A program made the position numbers and the translations under genes. From Prolixibacteraceae bacterium (GTDB taxonomy: Bacteria > Bacteroidota > Bacteroidia > Bacteroidales > Prolixibacteraceae), in contig JANONW010000288.1 of the NCBI GenBank assembly GCA_031421065.1, positions 2,993-66,992 of the forward strand: DNA of 64,000 nt, given 5' to 3'. This document shows, one piece after another, positions 57,212 to 64,000 of the stretch. Under the pieces are notes generated by a model, which saw nothing but the letters and a program-made list of their open reading frames with translations, was not told where the DNA came from and did no database searches. The number at the start of each line of letters is the position of its first letter. The first letter of the stretch is position 1.

Positions 57212-57697
57212 TTAACTTTTCATCATTAGGAAAAATTGCCTAAAATCGTCACTTGAGATTTCATTTATAGTTTGATTTGCCATACTTTGTCGGTATTGGG
57301 TGGATAATAAACTGTCGGTGCAAGTACGTAAATTTTTATTTATGTCATTGCCCCAAAAACGATAAACTTTCCAACCGTCTTTCAACAACTGTTCATTAAC
57401 TTCTCTATCTCGCTGTATATTACGTTCGATTTTTGCCAACCAAAAATCCCGGTTTCTTTTAATGTCGTGTTTTCTTGTTTCCCAATCCTTTCCGTGCCAA
57501 AATTCACTGTCAACAAATACAGCAATTTTATATTTTTTGAAAGTCAGGTCGGGTTTGCCAAACACCGTCTTATCGTTTTTTCTGTATCGAAGCCCGTATG
57601 CAAATAATTCTTTGGCAAAAGTCGTTTCTATTTTCGATCCGGTCGCTCTAACAGCCTGCATATTTTTTCGTCGTTGCTCTTTGGTAAGTTTATCCAT
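57212..57697 (-). CDS. vsr: Very short patch repair endonuclease; start moved to ATG 57697
   Basis: QRRKNMQAV, GKPDL, FVDSEFWHG, FWLAKIERNIQRD, GWKVYRFW. Confidence 0.9.
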   Translation of the reverse strand: MDKLTKEQRRKNMQAVRATGSKIETTFAKELFAYGLRYRKNDKTVFGKPDLTFKKYKIAVFVDSEFWHGKDWETRKHDIKRNRDFWLAKIERNIQRDREVNEQLLKDGWKVYRFWGNDINKNLRTCTDSLLSTQYRQSMANQTINEISSDDFRQFFLMMKS

Positions 57698-57755
57698 GTT
57701 CCAAAAAGTTAGAATTTCCTCCAAACTATTTTATTCCTTATAGAACAACTTTCTA

Positions 57756-59660
57756 TCACCCTTTTCTCCATTCCATCCTGTTATCGACCCTGTAAACGAT
57801 CTTTTCGTTTTCGAGCAACCAGCGTACGATTTTAATTGTGTTTTCAGGTTTTCCTTCAATTTGTTGAAGCAATTCTTCATAAAAGCAAGGCTGGGCCATC
57901 ACTTTTTTAATTTGTTCGCTGATGTCATCAAACTCATACTTGCTCACATTCAGCTCGTTCCGCTCCATACAGACATCACATTTGCCGCAACGGACCGACT
58001 CCGTTTCTCCAAAATACTGAAGCAACAACTGGCTGCGGCATTTGTGGCCCGACGAGGCATAGTGGATCATGGCTTCAATCCTGTTCAGGTAATCGCGTTT
58101 TCGGTCTTCGTAGTTTTCTTTGCTTATTCTTATCCTGTCGGGATCAATCCGTTCAATGGCAAATATAATAAAAGGTGTTTTTTTCTGTGGAATGTAATCT
58201 ATTATCTTCTGGGTTCTAAGCCGGCATAAAAACTGGTAAACCAAATCAGGGCTCACTTTTGCCCTTGTGGCAAGCAATTGTTCATCGATAGAAACATAAT
58301 TGGTAAATAAACCGGTGTACGAACGCAAAAGCAGTTTAATAAAACCGTCAAAGTCAGAATTGGCCACCTGAAATTTGTATAGATCGTCGCGGTTGACCTG
58401 AAAATACACTTTCGATGGATTGTCCAGTTCATCGGTCAATTCGAGATAACCTTCGCGCTGCAATATTTTCAGGCTGTTGTAAACCTCGGTAATCTGAAAC
58501 GAAAATTTGGATGCAAACATGCCCATGCTGAATTCAAAAATCTGATCTTTTCCGAAACCAACAGCCAGTTGAAAAAAATTACAGATTGCTTCATAAATCC
58601 GCCTGATTACGTCAGGTTCCGGAAATGATTTGGCTACATTTTTCTGTAATTTCAGTTTGTCGCTGTTGTTGAAAAGCAGCACCGAATAAGCAGTTTTACC
58701 ATCACGGCCGGCCCTTCCGGCTTCCTGAAAATAAGCTTCGACCGAATCGGGCGTTTCAAGGTGGATCACAAACCTAACATCCGCTTTGTCGATGCCCATC
58801 CCGAAAGCGTTGGTTGACACAATTAATCGACACCGGCCACTTTTCCAGTTTTCCTGTCGTTCCGACCTGATTTTGGAGCTTAATCCGGCATGGTAATAAT
58901 CGGCCGATATTTTATTTTTCCTGAAAAGGTCGCTGATTTCGCGGGCCTGTTTGCGGCTTCTGACATAGACAATTCCGGTGCCTTTGGCTTTTTGAACCGC
59001 CTTCAAAAGGTAATTAACCTTGTCTTCTTCGTTCCTGACCAGGTAAATCAGGTTACTCCGGCAATAGCTTGTGCGGAGCACATTTGGAGTTTTGAATTTC
59101 AGTTGCGCCTGAATATCTTCGATCACCCGGGCAGTGGCCGTGGCTGTCACCGCCAATACCGGAACATTGGGCAACAAGTCCCGCAGTTCGGCAATCTTGA
59201 GGTACGAAGGCCTGAAATCGTACCCCCACTGCGAAATACAATGCGCTTCATCAACTGCAATCAGGTTCACATCCAGTTGATTGATTCGCTCCCTGAACCG
59301 TTCGGTCGAAATACGTTCAGGGGAAAGGTATAAAAACTTATAATTTCCCCATGCCGCATTATCAAGCGCAATTTTTATTTCCTGGGAACTCATTCCGGAG
59401 TAAATGGCCAAAGCCTTGATTCCACGTTCGTTCAGATTTTCAACCTGGTCTTTCATCAAGGCAATCAAAGGTGTAATAACCAGACAAATACCCGGTTTCG
59501 AAAGTGAATACACCTGATAAGTCACTGACTTTCCACCACCTGTAGGCATCAGTCCAAGCGTATCTTTCCCATTGGCAACCGACTCGATGATTTCCTCCTG
59601 CAATGGACGAAAAGCCGCGTAACCCCAGTATTTGGTCAATATTTGTATGAATTCGCTCAA
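57756..59660 (-). CDS. recQ: RecQ-family ATP-dependent DNA helicase (Bacteroidota RecQ2-like, no HRDC)
   Basis: MPTGGGKS, DEAHCISQWGYDFRP, QEAGRAGRDG, CRSQ..CGKCDVC Zn domain. Confidence 0.93.
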   Translation of the reverse strand: MSEFIQILTKYWGYAAFRPLQEEIIESVANGKDTLGLMPTGGGKSVTYQVYSLSKPGICLVITPLIALMKDQVENLNERGIKALAIYSGMSSQEIKIALDNAAWGNYKFLYLSPERISTERFRERINQLDVNLIAVDEAHCISQWGYDFRPSYLKIAELRDLLPNVPVLAVTATATARVIEDIQAQLKFKTPNVLRTSYCRSNLIYLVRNEEDKVNYLLKAVQKAKGTGIVYVRSRKQAREISDLFRKNKISADYYHAGLSSKIRSERQENWKSGRCRLIVSTNAFGMGIDKADVRFVIHLETPDSVEAYFQEAGRAGRDGKTAYSVLLFNNSDKLKLQKNVAKSFPEPDVIRRIYEAICNFFQLAVGFGKDQIFEFSMGMFASKFSFQITEVYNSLKILQREGYLELTDELDNPSKVYFQVNRDDLYKFQVANSDFDGFIKLLLRSYTGLFTNYVSIDEQLLATRAKVSPDLVYQFLCRLRTQKIIDYIPQKKTPFIIFAIERIDPDRIRISKENYEDRKRDYLNRIEAMIHYASSGHKCRSQLLLQYFGETESVRCGKCDVCMERNELNVSKYEFDDISEQIKKVMAQPCFYEELLQQIEGKPENTIKIVRWLLENEKIVYRVDNRMEWRKG

Positions 59661-59714
59661 CGGTTGGTTAACAATTATTAATGAACATTAAAGTTTATAT
59701 GGATGAACCCACTA

Positions 59715-59755
59715 AAAAAATCAGGACATTTGTACCTGATTTTTTCGTAGTTTTG
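59715..59755 (+). promoter_or_regulatory. 11-bp inverted repeat plus -7 box (TAGTTTTG, 59748-59755) upstream of guaB
   Basis: aaaaaatcagg-N9-cctgatttttt immediately before the TAnnTTTG box. Confidence 0.5.
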
Positions 59756-59786
59756 CCTTTCAACCAGAATCTAAAAATACACATAA

Positions 59787-60185
<399 letters not shown>

Positions 60186-60265
60186 TAAAACGCTGTTTTT
60201 CAGCTGTATTAAATAACCTCATCTACCAATAATTTAGCAACTACTTTTCAAGTAATTTTAAAACC

Positions 60266-62215
60266 ATGACCAGATTTTTTTACTTCGCAGTTCTTGCTTT
60301 ATTTACCATCACGCTTTCGGCACAGAAAAAAGATCAAACCATGATGATCATCGGTAATCTTCCTGTTTCAAAAGAAGAGTTTACTTTGAATTACCAGAAA
60401 AACAACACCAATATTCTGGACGAAAAAGACAAAAAAACACCTGCCGGATACCTCGATCTGTATGTCAATTTCAAACTAAAAGTTATCGAGGCCCAAAATA
60501 CTGGTTATGATACCGTTCGGTCGTTCATCGATGAATTAAAAGGATATCGTAAAGAGTTGGCGCACCCATACCTTACCGATGTTTCGTTCAACGAGGAAAT
60601 GGTGCAAACTGCCTACCACCGAACAAAATACGAACGGAAAGCAAGTCATCTGCTAATTCTCGCTACTCCGGAAGCTTTGCCCACCGACACTTTGACAGCC
60701 TTCAACAAAATCAACGGACTGCGTAAAAAAATCATTGAAAGTGCCGATTTTAACGAAATCGCTTTGCAATTTTCTGAAGATCCTTCAGTAAAAGAGAATA
60801 AGGGACTTCTGGGCTATTTCAGCGCTTTTCAGATGGTCTATCCATTCGAAGACGCGACTTACCGCACGCCTGTCGGACAGGTTTCAGAAATTATCAGGAC
60901 ACGTTTTGGTTATCACATTCTTAAAGTTCACGATGAGCGTTTGACTCCCGGAGAAATAAAAGTTGCCCATATCATGAAAATGTTTCCGCAACAAGCTTCC
61001 GAAGAAACCATTGCAAGCCTGAAGCTGACGGCCGATAGCATTTTATCAAAAGCTGTTTCTGGTGCCGATTTTGCGGAACTGGCCAAAACTAATTCTGACG
61101 ATAAGCAGTCGGCAGTTGAGGGTGGGGCAATGAACTGGTTTACTCCGACCAACATGGTTCTAGCGTTTGCCGAAGCTGCGTTTGCCCTGAAAAATGATGG
61201 GGATATTTCTCCAGTAATCCGCACACCGTATGGCTGGCACATCATCAAACGTATAGAATTGAGGACTACGCAGCCGCTTGAAAAAATACGGGCCGAACTG
61301 GAAACTAAAATCAAACAAAACCCGGCAATCAGCAAATACAGCGACGAATCGTTCGACCGCAAACTAAGGGCTGCATATCAACTGAAAACGAATGAAAGCA
61401 ATCTGAATAAACTGATTGCCATTGTTGCTGATACCATTCAGCGAAAAGACTGGCCAAACTCAGCCAACTCACTGAAAAGCAATGTGCTGTTTCAGTTCGC
61501 AAAAAAGGCTGTTACCACCGGTGATTTTCTCACTTACCTTCAGAACCAGAAATTTTCGGCTGATGTTGCAAATCCTGATATGGAGTTAAAAGTGATGCTG
61601 AATAAGTTCATTAATCAGCAATTGCTCGACTTTGAAGATACCCAGCTCGATCAGAAATATCCTGAATTTGGACGGATAATCAAAGAATACCACGATGGCA
61701 TTCTGCTTTTCAATATTTCGAAAGATAAAATCTGGGATGTGGCATCGACGGATACCGTTCGACTTCAAAAATTCTACGACAGCACCAGCAAAAAATATTT
61801 CTATGGCGATCGTTATAAAGGTTGGATCATTCAGGTAAAAGACGGCGAAACCCTCACCAAAGTTGAATCTTTGTTGGATCAAAAGGAAGCAAACAAACAG
61901 GAATTGACAGATGTTTTTAACACTCAAACAGAAAATAATATTCAGTTTACGGACGTTGCTGTTGAGAAGGGCGATAATCCGGTGGTTGATTATTACATTT
62001 GGAGTGGGCCAAAACCTGAAGGTTTTGATGAAACAACTACCTTTGTGCACGGAAAAATTACCAGTAACGAACAGAAAATGCTGAAAGAAGCATGGGGATT
62101 GTATTCATCCGACTTTCAGGAACAAGTTGAAAAAGAATGGATTGATTCGCTAAAAAAGAAATATCCGGTTAAAATTAACAAGAAAGCGCTCAATAAAATT
62201 CCAGCGGTTCAATGA
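60266..62215 (+). CDS. Secreted peptidyl-prolyl isomerase with two parvulin domains
   Basis: ASHLLI, FSEDPS, FGYHILK; AHIMK, SDD, YGWHIIK. Confidence 0.9.
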   Translation: MTRFFYFAVLALFTITLSAQKKDQTMMIIGNLPVSKEEFTLNYQKNNTNILDEKDKKTPAGYLDLYVNFKLKVIEAQNTGYDTVRSFIDELKGYRKELAHPYLTDVSFNEEMVQTAYHRTKYERKASHLLILATPEALPTDTLTAFNKINGLRKKIIESADFNEIALQFSEDPSVKENKGLLGYFSAFQMVYPFEDATYRTPVGQVSEIIRTRFGYHILKVHDERLTPGEIKVAHIMKMFPQQASEETIASLKLTADSILSKAVSGADFAELAKTNSDDKQSAVEGGAMNWFTPTNMVLAFAEAAFALKNDGDISPVIRTPYGWHIIKRIELRTTQPLEKIRAELETKIKQNPAISKYSDESFDRKLRAAYQLKTNESNLNKLIAIVADTIQRKDWPNSANSLKSNVLFQFAKKAVTTGDFLTYLQNQKFSADVANPDMELKVMLNKFINQQLLDFEDTQLDQKYPEFGRIIKEYHDGILLFNISKDKIWDVASTDTVRLQKFYDSTSKKYFYGDRYKGWIIQVKDGETLTKVESLLDQKEANKQELTDVFNTQTENNIQFTDVAVEKGDNPVVDYYIWSGPKPEGFDETTTFVHGKITSNEQKMLKEAWGLYSSDFQEQVEKEWIDSLKKKYPVKINKKALNKIPAVQ

Positions 62216-63066
62216 TTAAAAAATGGTTCTATAGTATGATTTTCGCTTTGTTTCTTACAGCATGCCATTTGTTTGTTGAAACTGGTGAGCCAATTGCACA
62301 GGTTGGAAATCAGGTATTGACCACGGAAGAGTTGTCAAAGAACATCCCTGATTACCTCGACGATACCGACAGTTCGCTGTGGGCCGACGATTACATTAAG
62401 CGATGGGTTCAGAGCGAACTGCTTTTACTGAAAGCGGAGGAAAACCTGAAAGCTGACATGAAAGATGTAAGCAAGGAACTCGACGAATACCGAAACTCGC
62501 TGATTGTTTATCGGTACAAAAACGAGTTGATGAAACAAAAAATGGATACCGCTGTCAATGAAGCCGACATACTGAAATATTTCAATGAAAACAGGGAGAG
62601 TTTTATTTTGAACCGGAATATTGTGAAAGCCATTTATATCAAAGTTCCGGTGGAGGTTTCGAACCCTGAGAATATAAAGGATCTTTGTGTAAGCAACGAT
62701 CCGGAGCAACTTGCCAAACTGAATGAGTATTGCATAAGTTATGCAAAGACTTATGACCGCTTCAACGATCAATGGATAGCTGCTGAAATGGTGTTAAAGA
62801 ATACACCTGTCGAAATTACCAATCAGCAGCACTTTCTGGAAAGGAACCGATTTATCGAAAGCAGCGATATGAATTATTACTATCTTGTCTGCATTCGTGA
62901 TTATCGACTTTCCGGTAAAGCCCCTCCCCTTGATTATGTTTATAACGACATCAGGAATCTGATTTTAAGCAAGCAGAAAATGCAGTTTCTGAAACAAATA
63001 GAAAAGGATGTTTACAAAGACGGACTTGATAATAAAAAAGTAAAAATATTTAAAACAAAAAAATAA
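62212..63066 (+). CDS. Lipoprotein of the PPIase/SurA operon (SurA-N-like)
   Basis: Lipobox LTAC, IAQVGNQVLT, position between two PPIase genes. Confidence 0.75.
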   Translation: MIKKWFYSMIFALFLTACHLFVETGEPIAQVGNQVLTTEELSKNIPDYLDDTDSSLWADDYIKRWVQSELLLLKAEENLKADMKDVSKELDEYRNSLIVYRYKNELMKQKMDTAVNEADILKYFNENRESFILNRNIVKAIYIKVPVEVSNPENIKDLCVSNDPEQLAKLNEYCISYAKTYDRFNDQWIAAEMVLKNTPVEITNQQHFLERNRFIESSDMNYYYLVCIRDYRLSGKAPPLDYVYNDIRNLILSKQKMQFLKQIEKDVYKDGLDNKKVKIFKTKK

Positions 63067-63072
63067 TCGTTT

Positions 63073-64000
63073 ATGATCAAAAAAATAATTGGTTTATTTA
63101 TCCTTGCCGGATTTGTGGCCTCAAGCAATCAAACCGTTGCACAGGATAAAGTTGTTGACCAGATCGTGTCTGTTGTTGGTAAGAATATTATCCTGAAATC
63201 GGACATTGAAGGCATGTTCCAGCAGCAACAGGCACAGGGAATTACCACCGAAGGCGATATGAAATGTGAGATACTGGAAAATTTTCTGGTCGAAAAGCTA
63301 CTGCTGGCAGAGGCAGAACAGGATACAACCATCATCGTTAGTGACAGCCAGATCAACCAAAACCTTGAACAGCGAATCCAGTATTTTATTTCGCATTTGG
63401 GTTCAGAAAAGGAGGTTGAGGCCTACTTTAAAAAGTCAATCATGGAATTGAAGGCTGACATGCAGGACGTCATTAAAAACCAGCAGATGACCCAGCAGAT
63501 GCAGGGGAAAATTCTCGATAAAGTTACCGTAACTCCTGCCGAAGTGCGCCTTCACTTCAGAAATCTTCCGGCAGCCGAAATCCCGCAAATTGATGCGAAG
63601 CTTGAATATGCCCAGATTACCGTATTGCCCGTAATCAGCCTGGAAGAAGAAGACCGCATAAAATCATCTCTTCGTGAATTGAAACGACGTATCGAAAGTG
63701 GCGAAAGCAGCTTTGGCCCAATGGCAGTTATTTATTCGGAAGATGGAGCTGCCCGTACAGGTGGGGAACTTGACTACATGGGGCGCGGAAACCTCGATCC
63801 TGCTTATGCTGCGGCAGCATTTAACCTTAAAGGCGATAAAATTTCGAATGTCGTAAAAAGTGATTTTGGATACCATATTATTCAGGTGATGGACCGCAAA
63901 GGCGAACAACTTAAAACCCGCCACATCATCATGAAACCAAAAGTTTCTCCTGAAGCCATGGAAAAAGCATTCAATCAAATCGACAGTATTGCCGATTTTG
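63073..64000 (+). CDS. surA: SurA-like chaperone/PPIase (runs off the window end)
   Basis: VVDQIVSVVG, VTVTPAEVR, YSED, FGYHIIQ, TRHII. Confidence 0.85.
   Translation, partial: MIKKIIGLFILAGFVASSNQTVAQDKVVDQIVSVVGKNIILKSDIEGMFQQQQAQGITTEGDMKCEILENFLVEKLLLAEAEQDTTIIVSDSQINQNLEQRIQYFISHLGSEKEVEAYFKKSIMELKADMQDVIKNQQMTQQMQGKILDKVTVTPAEVRLHFRNLPAAEIPQIDAKLEYAQITVLPVISLEEEDRIKSSLRELKRRIESGESSFGPMAVIYSEDGAARTGGELDYMGRGNLDPAYAAAAFNLKGDKISNVVKSDFGYHIIQVMDRKGEQLKTRHIIMKPKVSPEAMEKAFNQIDSIADF

Noticed and set aside
57212-57697. Vsr as part of an active defence system
   Set aside because: No methyltransferase or intact endonuclease is adjacent; reported as a relic instead.

Overview
A 64 kb chromosomal window from a Bacteroidota organism. 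TAnnTTTG promoter boxes, the gene content and the succinylornithine-type ArgF' point to a Prolixibacteraceae/Marinilabiliales-like anaerobe (inference). In order: the queA 3' end; a C5 heme operon (hemA-C-D-B-L, a secreted low-complexity protein, hemE-N-Y; no ferrochelatase); an uncharacterised cluster (2Fe-2S/4Fe-4S flavoprotein lacking its NADPH domain, BamB/PQQ-like propeller, CxxC-bearing GT4, LolD-type ATPase, 1077-aa double MacB/FtsX permease); a ParE-type toxin-antitoxin pair; gltBD; argH; a Tat-signal aldo/keto reductase; a patch of gene debris; carAB divergent from argR-GNAT-argGCD-proCBA-argF'-argB; then housekeeping genes (wbqC-like, lapA-like, lepB, dapB, Cof HAD, nucleotidyltransferase, ribH, TPR, recF, DUF721, rlmI, exonuclease, DUF5063), a decayed Vsr/HpaII-like R-M cassette, recQ, an internally deleted guaB and a PPIase/surA operon. 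The most notable signals are: (1) a 37-codon Arg-rich leader ORF running into an intrinsic terminator upstream of carA, missed by the ORF track; (2) the Fe-S/propeller/GT4/ABC cluster; (3) an in-frame 132-aa mini-IMPDH; (4) an RPPP-ending upstream ORF before hemA; (5) several families of REP-like palindromes and heptamer arrays marking gene gain/loss sites. No rRNA, tRNA, CRISPR array or intact transposase was seen. All family assignments are from motif recognition; no database search was run.
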